64,000 bases of DNA, from the NCBI GenBank assembly GCA_045401155.1, contig CP174360.1:233403-297402 (forward strand). The letters are read 5' to 3'. The notes under the pieces are model-generated. The model did not search any database and was not told where the DNA came from. It saw nothing but the letters and a program-made list of their open reading frames with translations. Origin of the DNA: Candidatus Minusculum obligatum. Its GTDB lineage: Bacteria; Patescibacteriota; Minisyncoccia; Phycocordibacterales; Phycocordibacteraceae. Position 1 is the stretch's first letter, and each line of letters starts with the position of its first letter. The translations under genes and the position numbers were made by a program. This document shows positions 46,029 to 54,126 of this stretch, piece after piece.

Positions 46029-48053
46029 ATGGCAAAAGGAACGCAAGGCGGTAAAGGTAGCTACGGCGCAAAAGACATTACAGTTCTCGAAGGTCTTGAG
46101 CCGGTACGTAAGCGACCAGGTATGTACATTGGTACTACTGGTCCTGATGGTCTTCATCATTTGATTTGGGAGGTTTTTGACAACTCTCGAGATGAGGCAA
46201 TGGCCGGAGAGGCTGATGATATTGAGGTTGCACTTTTGCCTGATCATACGATTCGTGTAGTTGATAACGGACGAGGTATTCCCGTTGATAAACATCCAAA
46301 GACAAAAGTTTCAGCACTTGAAACTATTATGACGACACTCCATGCAGGAGGTAAGTTTGGTGGTGAGGGATACAAGGTGTCAGGAGGACTCCATGGAGTG
46401 GGAGTATCTGTAGTGAACGCTCTTTCAACTATGGTGCGTGCAGAGGTGCACAAAGAGGGGGATGTGTACATGCAGGAGTATGCGATTGGAATTGCACAGG
46501 CGCCAGTTAAAAAGGTTGGAAAGAGTGACCGGCGTGGAACTGTAATTACATTCCGTGCAGATGATTCTATTTTTGAAACAGTTGAATACAACTGGGATAA
46601 GATCGTGTCTCACTTGCGACAGCAGGCATATCTTGTAAAAGGTACGCGCATTTCAGTACTTGATGCACGTGAGAAAGATTTAGATCTTAAGAATGTATTT
46701 TATATTCGAGATTTAGGTGAAGAGATGCCATCTCAGAGTTTTTACTTTGAGGAGGGGCTTCGGTCTCTTATTGGATTTAAGAATCAGTACCAGACACCCG
46801 TACACAAAAACATTTTCTATATAGATCGTCAGATTGAAGATGTGCAGGTTGAGGTTGCGCTTCAGTATGTAGATGATATTTCTTCACGACTTACTGCATT
46901 TGCGAACAATACATACAACCCAGAAGGGGGTACGCACGTAACTGGATTTAAGACTGCGCTTACGCGTACGCTCAATAACTACGCGAAAAAGAATAATCTT
47001 GGCGCAAAAGATGAGGCGTTTACGGGAGATGATGTGCTTGAGGGAATTACCGCCGTGGTCTCAGTAAAGCTTCCAGAGATTCAGTTTGAGGGGCAGACAA
47101 AGGCAAAGCTTGGATCTGTTGAAGCTCGTGGAGCAACTGACACGGTATTTGCAGAAGCATTCTCATATTTCCTTGAAGAGCATCCAGAGGATGCAAAGCA
47201 GATCATTTCTAAAATCACGCTTGCACTTAAGGCACGAAAGGCTGCCAAGGCTGCCAAAGAGTCAGTGCTTCGAAAGGGTGCGCTTGAAGGAATGACGCTT
47301 CCTGGAAAGCTCGCTGATTGTTCTTCACGAACTGCAGAAGATTCAGAGATCTTCATTGTAGAGGGAGACTCAGCGGGAGGTTCTTCAAAGCAGGCTCGAG
47401 ATCGAAAGACGCAAGCCATCTTGCCGCTTCGAGGAAAGATTCTAAATGTAGAGCGGGCTCGTATTGATCGTATGCTTGCATCAGCTGAGATTAAGGCGCT
47501 TGTGATTGCGATGGGTACTGCAATTGGAGATGTATTTGATATTTCAAAGCTTCGCTACCATAAGATTATTATCGCAACAGATGCCGACGTTGATGGAGCG
47601 CACATTAGAACACTGCTTTTGACTCTATTTTATCGATACTTCAAGCCAGTTATCGAGGGAGGGTATCTATATATTGCACAGCCACCGCTGTATAAGATTC
47701 AGCAAGGAAAGAAGATTGATTACGTATATACAGAAGATGAGAAGGCAAAGCTTCTTGGAGAAGGTGATGTAGATCTTGTTGAGGCAAATGATGATGAAGA
47801 TGCAGAAGATGAAGAAGTGCAGAAGAAAAATTCCACAAAGGCTCGCATCCAGCGATACAAGGGACTTGGAGAGATGAACCCAAGTGAGCTTTGGGAGACA
47901 ACTATGGACCCAGAGAATCGTGTGTTAAAGCAGGTAACTATTAAGGATGCACAGGAAGCAGACAAGGTATTTGATATTCTTATGGGTACAGATGTGCCTT
48001 CTCGAAAGAACTTTATTCAGACAAATGCCAAGATGGCGAATCTAGACGTGTAG
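46029..48053 (+). CDS. gyrB: DNA gyrase subunit B (type IIA topoisomerase ATPase/Toprim subunit)
   Basis: 'LEGLEPVRKRPGMYIGTT' and 'HHLIWEVFDNSRDEAMAG' form the GHKL ATPase region. 'EGDSAGGS' and 'PLRGKILNVE' form the Toprim region. 'KIIIATDADVDGAHIRTLLLTLFYRY' is also present. Confidence 0.9.
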   Translation: MAKGTQGGKGSYGAKDITVLEGLEPVRKRPGMYIGTTGPDGLHHLIWEVFDNSRDEAMAGEADDIEVALLPDHTIRVVDNGRGIPVDKHPKTKVSALETIMTTLHAGGKFGGEGYKVSGGLHGVGVSVVNALSTMVRAEVHKEGDVYMQEYAIGIAQAPVKKVGKSDRRGTVITFRADDSIFETVEYNWDKIVSHLRQQAYLVKGTRISVLDAREKDLDLKNVFYIRDLGEEMPSQSFYFEEGLRSLIGFKNQYQTPVHKNIFYIDRQIEDVQVEVALQYVDDISSRLTAFANNTYNPEGGTHVTGFKTALTRTLNNYAKKNNLGAKDEAFTGDDVLEGITAVVSVKLPEIQFEGQTKAKLGSVEARGATDTVFAEAFSYFLEEHPEDAKQIISKITLALKARKAAKAAKESVLRKGALEGMTLPGKLADCSSRTAEDSEIFIVEGDSAGGSSKQARDRKTQAILPLRGKILNVERARIDRMLASAEIKALVIAMGTAIGDVFDISKLRYHKIIIATDADVDGAHIRTLLLTLFYRYFKPVIEGGYLYIAQPPLYKIQQGKKIDYVYTEDEKAKLLGEGDVDLVEANDDEDAEDEEVQKKNSTKARIQRYKGLGEMNPSELWETTMDPENRVLKQVTIKDAQEADKVFDILMGTDVPSRKNFIQTNAKMANLDV

Positions 48054-48054
48054 C

Positions 48055-48351
48055 ATGAAAGCGGTCTTTAATGGACATATTCTTGCAGATAGTACACATA
48101 CAATAGTGATTGAGCTAAATCATCACTTTCCTCCGGATACAGTTAATTTTGAGTATTTGAAAGAGAATGGAAATACTTCAGAGTGTCCATGGAAGGGTGT
48201 TGCTGAGTATTTTGATGTGGATGTAAAGGGGCATGTAATTAAAGATGGTGCGTGGCATTATCCGAATCCTAAAAAGGGTTCAGCACAGAGAGTGGGAGAT
48301 GACTTTACTGGCTATGTTGGTTTTGCTGAAGCAGTAGATATAGTTCCGTAA
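48055..48351 (+). CDS. DUF427-family small protein
   Basis: 98 aa. 'TSECPWKGVAEYFDV' and 'AWHYPNP' resemble the DUF427 conserved CPYKG.A.Y motif. The start lies 1 nt after the gyrB stop. Confidence 0.5.
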   Translation: MKAVFNGHILADSTHTIVIELNHHFPPDTVNFEYLKENGNTSECPWKGVAEYFDVDVKGHVIKDGAWHYPNPKKGSAQRVGDDFTGYVGFAEAVDIVP

Positions 48352-48352
48352 C

Positions 48353-48378
48353 AAAAAACGCCCGAGAGGGCGTTTTTT
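48353..48378. terminator. Bidirectional rho-independent terminator (AAAAAACGCCC-gaga-GGGCGTTTTTT), copy 2
   Basis: The same hairpin core as 41438-41462, again between convergent genes (DUF427 + / CARDB protein -). Confidence 0.6.
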
Positions 48379-48398
48379 GATTAAGAGTTTTGTGAGTG

Positions 48399-49160
48399 TT
48401 AGTTGGTTACGGTGATTTTTACAAATGCGCCGTTATTATTCTCATCTGATTCAGTGACACCGTTATTCTGGTCTACTGCAACTGAGATTTGTAGATCTTC
48501 TCCAACCTTAGATCGGTCAAATCCGATTACGTACTCAATCTTTTCTCCAGGGAGAAGGTTTTGTACATGCTGCTCTTGTCCTTCAAAGATATACGTAGTC
48601 TCTGTAGGCATCACAACATTGAATCGCCAGTTAGTTCCAGTCTCCTTAGTTCCATTGTTTGCTACCTGGAACTTTACTGCAATTCGATCATTTTTTACAA
48701 GATCTGATGTTGGAATAAAGTTTTCTGCTTGTACTCCTCCTACAAGTTTTCCTGTAGCAAGGATTGTTGGCACAAGGTCTGCCAATCCATTTGGATCTGA
48801 CACTGGAGATGGGTTCTGAGTAATTACCTCAGTATCCTCATTTCCTGGTGTAGGAGTAACTGGTGTTGTAGGAGCCTCTGGCTCCTCAGTTTCTTCCTCT
48901 TTATCTTCAAGTACGATAGGGAAGTTTGTATTTGGTGTCTCTGTGTCTACTACAATGACATTCTCATCTTGTACAAAGATAGATGTCACACCAATTACAG
49001 TCGCTGATAGCCCTTCTACTGCTCCATTAACAATAGTTGGTACAAATCGTGCTGCATTTCCCGCAAGTACTACGGCCAAAGTAAGTAGGGTAATGAACCC
49101 AACTACTGCAAGACCATTTACTGCTGCTTGTTTTGTTTCCATATTGCTTATAACGCTCAC
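48399..49160 (-). CDS. Membrane-anchored protein with C-terminal CARDB-like domain
   Basis: An N-terminal signal-anchor 'LAVVGFITLLTLAVVLAG' is followed by a Pro/Thr/Glu-rich linker. The C-terminal 'RIAVKFQVANNGTKETGTNWRF...ESDENNNGAFVKITV' has the CARDB hallmark (E.NE.NN). Confidence 0.6.
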   Translation of the reverse strand: MSVISNMETKQAAVNGLAVVGFITLLTLAVVLAGNAARFVPTIVNGAVEGLSATVIGVTSIFVQDENVIVVDTETPNTNFPIVLEDKEEETEEPEAPTTPVTPTPGNEDTEVITQNPSPVSDPNGLADLVPTILATGKLVGGVQAENFIPTSDLVKNDRIAVKFQVANNGTKETGTNWRFNVVMPTETTYIFEGQEQHVQNLLPGEKIEYVIGFDRSKVGEDLQISVAVDQNNGVTESDENNNGAFVKITVTN

Positions 49161-49219
49161 AAATAATGTGGCAGATTTTTACCATACACAAAGTATAATG
49201 TCAAGGAAGGGGGATTTGC

Positions 49220-49948
49220 GTGCTCTTGACATTGGGCATGTTTTCGTGTATTAATATGCCGGTAGATATGAGCGACATGAGCACTAAAGCAAACGGTTTC
49301 GCGTACGTGCTAGGTACGATTTTCAAGAACAAATGGAAGTTCTTGGCTTTTTCAGTACTAGCCTTCATCTTTTTTGTATGGATTCTTGGGAAGCTAGATC
49401 TTCTTCCAGAACCTGATACATCAAAGAGTTTAAGTACGATTACGATTGCGTCTGCGGCTGCAGCATTTCCTGTAGTTACAGATGTTGAGGAAGTTGTTGT
49501 TCCGGAAAAGCCACTTCGGGTGTCTATTCCGTCGCTTGATATTGATGTGCGTGTTAACAACCCGTACAAGAGTGATATTAAGACACTTGATGCTGCACTG
49601 TATGACGGTGTGGTGCGGTACCCAGGATCTGGAATGCTTGGAGAGAATGGAAACGTTGTTATCTTCGGGCACAGCTCATACCTTCCGGTAGTGAAGAATG
49701 AATACTTTAAAGCATTTAATGGTGTTCAGAAGCTTTCTACAGGAGATGTGATTGAGGTATACGGACTTGATACCGTGTATCGATATGAGGTTGCGTCTGT
49801 ATATGAGGCGGATGCCACAGATACACGCATTGCTCTTAGTAAGGATAGTAAGAAGCTAACGCTTTCTACATGTAATTCATTTGGTGATTTAAATGACCGA
49901 TATGTAGTAGAGGCGTACTTCGTGGGAAGCACACAGATTTCTTCTTAG
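49220..49948 (+). CDS. Sortase family transpeptidase
   Basis: N-terminal TM 'FLAFSVLAFIFFVWIL', the catalytic His context 'VVIFGHSSY', the active-site 'LTLSTCNSF' (TLxTC) and the downstream Arg 'RYVVEAY' are all present. The exact start among several in-frame ATGs is uncertain. Confidence 0.8.
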   Translation: MLLTLGMFSCINMPVDMSDMSTKANGFAYVLGTIFKNKWKFLAFSVLAFIFFVWILGKLDLLPEPDTSKSLSTITIASAAAAFPVVTDVEEVVVPEKPLRVSIPSLDIDVRVNNPYKSDIKTLDAALYDGVVRYPGSGMLGENGNVVIFGHSSYLPVVKNEYFKAFNGVQKLSTGDVIEVYGLDTVYRYEVASVYEADATDTRIALSKDSKKLTLSTCNSFGDLNDRYVVEAYFVGSTQISS

Positions 49949-50037
49949 AGATCTGTGTGCTCTCCGTGAGGGAGAGTGGAAAGAACATTACAATTGTCGC
50001 CGAGAATATCGGCGACGCAATAGAGAGGAGAATCGAG

Positions 50038-51183
50038 ATGTTCAAATATCTCGCACTCGCCGCGTCGCTGGTCTTTGGACTGGCGACGCCCGCAATTGCT
50101 CAAGTCGGCATGCCTATGTCGTATGAGCTCATGTCTCGTCCAGATGATGGATACTCCCAAGATGATCTCTTTGAGATCCGGGAGCGCCTTATCGTTCAGA
50201 TCGAAGCTTCGCTTCGTCTGGATCCGCTCGGAGACGCCTATATCGTCGGAACTCCGTGTTCGACGCCGAATGACTTTTTTCGTGCGTTTCGGGAATACCA
50301 TCCTGAACACGCTCCGGAAAATGTCGAAGATCTTCCGAGGTTCTTGCGTACGCTTCAACTGATGCGTGCACAAGAGCTCGGAATTCAGGGTGACACGTAT
50401 GCGTCTACGCGCATGATGTGTCACTCTGCAGATTCTTCTTCTTCGGAAGATGAGTTGGATCTCGAAGGTGTCGAGCGAGCCGTGCGTCTGAATGAGTTCG
50501 TGTGGGTTCACCCCAATGGCTCAGTCATGATGCTCGGGGATTGTTCGAACATTGTTCGGGCTCCGGTTACCTCCCAAGAAGCTTCGCCTGTTCCGCCGGC
50601 TCTTGAGGAGCCGTGGTACCAGCAGTGCCTGTTTGTTCCCGTCGGAACACGTCGGGGTGCGTCCTATCAATGGGCACATTTCCTACGCGAACCGATCCCC
50701 GGATCAAACTCGCAGACTTGTCGGGTGCTTTGTCAGGGCGTCTTGCGCAATGACGGAACGCCCCTGGTGGTTGAGGACACATGCATTCGTGCACCGCGTC
50801 CTTGTCAGGATTGCGAATGGGGCGAACAGCCTATTCCTTCGAGGTTTGAGGTTCAGGACAGCTCCCAGTGGGATGCTGAATGGGACCTCACCATGATCGG
50901 CATTAGTGTCGATGATGCACGTCTTGGTGGATACTTCGCAATCTGTGGCTATCAGGATGATCGTGAGCGTACCGGGGTTCCAATTTTTGAACCCAACGAG
51001 CTCGCCGATGCTGCGGATGCCGGAGTCTGGAATCAGGGGATTGTTGTTCCGTACTGGAATCGCGGTCCTACTCGTCAGATGCAGGCAGTGTTCCGTGTTG
51101 GCGACCTGGTGTACTTCCAGGATCGTCGCGGAAACGTCGAGGTTCGGGAAGATCCTTTGGATTTTTCTCGAGGTAATGAGTAG
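50038..51183 (+). CDS. Secreted Cys-rich hypothetical protein in a locally GC-rich segment (probable horizontal acquisition)
   Basis: The start is taken at ATG 50038, where a classic signal peptide 'MFKYLALAASLVFGLATPAIAQ' begins. Codon usage (GCG/CGC/GTC-rich) and GC content differ from the flanks. No recognisable family. Confidence 0.5.
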   Translation: MFKYLALAASLVFGLATPAIAQVGMPMSYELMSRPDDGYSQDDLFEIRERLIVQIEASLRLDPLGDAYIVGTPCSTPNDFFRAFREYHPEHAPENVEDLPRFLRTLQLMRAQELGIQGDTYASTRMMCHSADSSSSEDELDLEGVERAVRLNEFVWVHPNGSVMMLGDCSNIVRAPVTSQEASPVPPALEEPWYQQCLFVPVGTRRGASYQWAHFLREPIPGSNSQTCRVLCQGVLRNDGTPLVVEDTCIRAPRPCQDCEWGEQPIPSRFEVQDSSQWDAEWDLTMIGISVDDARLGGYFAICGYQDDRERTGVPIFEPNELADAADAGVWNQGIVVPYWNRGPTRQMQAVFRVGDLVYFQDRRGNVEVREDPLDFSRGNE

Positions 51184-51232
51184 CATTCGTGTCCGGGCAG
51201 GAAACTGTCCGGACACATCACCTCTCTTTTTT

Positions 51233-54073
51233 ATGATTATGATTTCAAAACCAACAAATATTCTAAGTTATGCAAAAGCACATCCGATTAAATCGGGGTT
51301 ACTTGCTGTGTTTACATTTTTTACGATTCTAGGAACTGGTTTTGGAACACTTTATGTTGTTGCGCCCGACACAGCAGAGGCTGTGCTAGTTGGTAACCCT
51401 TGTTGTACAACTGGTTGGGATCCTTGGGGGCCAGGAGGATGGAATCCTGAACCTGTTATTGATCCAGGATTTCCTGGTGGAGGCGGAGGTGGGGGAACTG
51501 TTCCTGCGCCAGTGTGTTCTCTTACTGTAAATCCAACTTCAATTGTTGAGGGTGATTCGGCAACACTTACGTGGGTAACACGATACGCAGATCTTCTTGC
51601 AATTGATAATAGTATTGGGAACCTTTCTGAGATTACAGGATCAGTAAGTGTTTCTCCTACAGAAACGACAACATATACGCTTGTGGCTCAAAACAGTTAT
51701 ACAGGGCGAACTGTTGAGTGTAATGCAACAGTTACGGTTACTGAGCCACCTGTAGTGCCAGTGTGTACGCTAAACGTAAATCCATCAGCTATTGAGCGAG
51801 GGGGCAGCGCAACCATTTCTTGGACAACTACAAATGGATCAACATTCCGTATTGGAGGTATCGGTGATCTAACTCCAGTATCTGGAGGATCAACCGAGGT
51901 TACTCCAGTTGCTGCAGGTACCTATACATATGTTGGAGTTGTAACGAGTGCAGATGGAAGTACTGCAACGTGTGAAGACACACTTACTGTTACTCCTCCA
52001 ATTGTTGTAAATCCACCAGTGTGTACGCTTGATATTGTTCAAGACACAATTACGATTGGTGAAAAAATCAATATTGATTGGGAGACACGTCATGCGAATA
52101 CTTTTAGTATTGATAATGGAGTGGGAGACATAAATCTTTGGACAGATCCAATTGCGAGTGGATCAGTTTCAACTACTCCAGGTTCAGAAGGGACCATTAC
52201 GTATACAGGAACTGCAACAAATACAGATGGAGATACGGTTGAGTGTTCAGACACGGTAACCGTGCTTCCAATTGGGATTGATACGCCAGCATGTACGCTA
52301 ACAGCAGATAAGTTCTCACTACTTCCTGGTGAGACCACAACTATTCGATGGACGCTTATAAACGTTACAGAAGCAACACTACAGCATCTAGACGCGGTGC
52401 AGATCATCGATCCTACAGATGGATCTCAGTCTGCAGTTGCGGGTACGTATACGCTTCGAGCTGGGAATGGTCTAGCGAGTGTTGAGTGTGAGGTAACCAT
52501 TGTACGGGTTACAGTAGATGCGCCAGCATGTACGCTAACTGCAGATAAACTCTCACTACTCCCAGGAGAAACAACTACCATTAATTGGACTATTGAGAAT
52601 GCCACAGAGGCGACACTACAGCATCTAGACGCGGTACAGATTATTGATCCTACAGATGGATCCCAGTCTGCAGTTGCAGGTACGTACACACTTTCAGTTG
52701 GAAACGGAACGTTGTCTGAAACATGTGAAGTTACAATTGTGCGTATTACTCCAGGAACACTCAGTTGTGATCTAAATATTGATCGAGCAATTATTCGTTC
52801 TGGTGAGACTGCTGAAATTAGCTGGACCACAAACGAGGCGGTAAGTTTTGAGATTAATGGAGAAGACAAACCCCTTAATGGTTCTGAGACTATTCAACCG
52901 CTTGGTGTACAGATCCACACATACACGGGAATTGCGACTGATGCAGATGGAAATACAGTTGAGTGTGAAGACACTGTTCAAGTAACTGGAGGTTCAGGAG
53001 GTGGAGGTCTTTCGTGTGCGATGAGTTTTGATCGATCTGCAATTCGAGCAGGGCAATCAGCAACACTTCGTTGGGAGGTGCGCAATGCCGATGTTAATAC
53101 TATTGAGATCAATCAAGGTATTGGAAATGTAGCACCGCTTGCTTCAGAGGAGGTTCGTCGAAGCGATACTGGTACACATGAGTACGTTCTTACCGCTCGA
53201 GGAGATGGAGATCAGGTTACGTGTCGAGCGACACTAACTGTTTCAGGTGGATCAGGATGTTCTGGAAACTGTGGAGGTGGATCTACACCACAGATCAGTA
53301 TTGATTTCCTTAAGACTCCTGGAGAGCAGGCGCTTGCCTTCGTGACTCTTTCACAGATTCCATATACTGGACTTGAGCTAGGTCCTGTTGGAGCCGTAAT
53401 TTACTGGGTATTCCTAATTGTATGGAGTGGTGCTGTTGCATATCTTGTACTGTTTAAGGCTCTTCCATTTGCACGTCGAAAGCTTGTGATGGTTGGAGAA
53501 GACGTAATGGAGGTGCTTGATGCAAGTAAAGAGGATACAATGTACGCATCTATGCCAGAGGAAAAAGAGCACGTGGAATTTCTACCAAACCAGAAAGGGG
53601 ATGATGCGCTATCTGTAGAAGATATCGTACGTGGCCTCTCACGTATGCATAAGGAAAAGGCTCCAGAGGAGAATGTGCTTGATGAGATAGATGTTGCTGC
53701 TGAGATGGAGCTTCCTCCAGTTGAGAAGGTTGCACCAGTTACTAGTGGGGAAGATATGCGTCTTCTAAATGCAATTATCTCAGGTGATAAGGATGCAAGC
53801 TTTGGAATTCTTCGACGAGTTATCCGAAATGGTGCTCGAGCAGAGGATCTATTTGAAAAAGTCCTTGTGCATCTTGATAGCGCATACCGAGCACGTGTTG
53901 ATGGTGCGTATGTAGATGAAGATGTGCGTCGAGCAACCGCATCTCTCGACACAGCACTTCTTGAGGAGGTTATTACCGCACTTGCTCCGGCAATTGATAC
54001 AACCTACTCACATGCACAAACTGGTGCAAAACTTGCACTTACTCGAGTGCATCAGGTGATTGCGCGTGGTTAA
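51233..54073 (+). CDS. Large surface protein: N-terminal TM, ~8 Cys-bracketed Ig-like repeats, LPXTG-like IPYTG + TM + RRK segment, and a ~230-aa C-terminal cytoplasmic domain
   Basis: The start is taken at ATG 51233 (MIMISKP...), downstream of the GC-rich gene. The repeats look like 'P.C.L...P..I..G...T..W.T......I....G.........V.P..TT.YT..A.N..G..V.C...VTV'. After the repeats comes 'GGSGCSGNCGGG', then 'LSQIPYTGLELGPVGAVIYWVFLIVWSGAVAYLVLFKALPFARRK', then a soluble E/D-rich domain. Confidence 0.65.
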   Translation: MIMISKPTNILSYAKAHPIKSGLLAVFTFFTILGTGFGTLYVVAPDTAEAVLVGNPCCTTGWDPWGPGGWNPEPVIDPGFPGGGGGGGTVPAPVCSLTVNPTSIVEGDSATLTWVTRYADLLAIDNSIGNLSEITGSVSVSPTETTTYTLVAQNSYTGRTVECNATVTVTEPPVVPVCTLNVNPSAIERGGSATISWTTTNGSTFRIGGIGDLTPVSGGSTEVTPVAAGTYTYVGVVTSADGSTATCEDTLTVTPPIVVNPPVCTLDIVQDTITIGEKINIDWETRHANTFSIDNGVGDINLWTDPIASGSVSTTPGSEGTITYTGTATNTDGDTVECSDTVTVLPIGIDTPACTLTADKFSLLPGETTTIRWTLINVTEATLQHLDAVQIIDPTDGSQSAVAGTYTLRAGNGLASVECEVTIVRVTVDAPACTLTADKLSLLPGETTTINWTIENATEATLQHLDAVQIIDPTDGSQSAVAGTYTLSVGNGTLSETCEVTIVRITPGTLSCDLNIDRAIIRSGETAEISWTTNEAVSFEINGEDKPLNGSETIQPLGVQIHTYTGIATDADGNTVECEDTVQVTGGSGGGGLSCAMSFDRSAIRAGQSATLRWEVRNADVNTIEINQGIGNVAPLASEEVRRSDTGTHEYVLTARGDGDQVTCRATLTVSGGSGCSGNCGGGSTPQISIDFLKTPGEQALAFVTLSQIPYTGLELGPVGAVIYWVFLIVWSGAVAYLVLFKALPFARRKLVMVGEDVMEVLDASKEDTMYASMPEEKEHVEFLPNQKGDDALSVEDIVRGLSRMHKEKAPEENVLDEIDVAAEMELPPVEKVAPVTSGEDMRLLNAIISGDKDASFGILRRVIRNGARAEDLFEKVLVHLDSAYRARVDGAYVDEDVRRATASLDTALLEEVITALAPAIDTTYSHAQTGAKLALTRVHQVIARG
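52283..52762 (+). repeat. Tandem 240-bp (80-aa) near-identical duplication encoding two Ig-like repeat units
   Basis: The copies 52283-52522 and 52523-52762 align base-for-base at about 85% ('cgccagcatgtacgctaac(a/t)gcagataa...cagcatctagacgcggt(g/a)cagat(c/t)at(c/t)gatcctacagatggatc(t/c)cagtctgcagttgc'). The antisense ORFs 52090-52407 and 52426-52869 translate to near-identical peptides, which corroborates the duplication. Confidence 0.75.
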
Positions 54074-54095
54074 TCACTATATTTAACCGATGTAC

Positions 54096-54126
54096 AAAAA
54101 GAGCGTCCATATGGACGCTCTTTTTG
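54096..54126. terminator. Bidirectional terminator hairpin between convergent genes
   Basis: AAAGAGCGTCCAT/ATGGACGCTCTTT, a perfect palindrome, then TTTTG. It lies between the stop at 54073 (+) and the thrS stop at 54127 (-). Confidence 0.55.

Noticed and set aside
50704-51216. 170-aa minus-strand ORF and several other antisense ORFs within 50000-51200.
   Set aside because: They fall within the GC-rich island, where stop codons are rare on all frames. The + strand ORF has a signal peptide and consistent codon periodicity.
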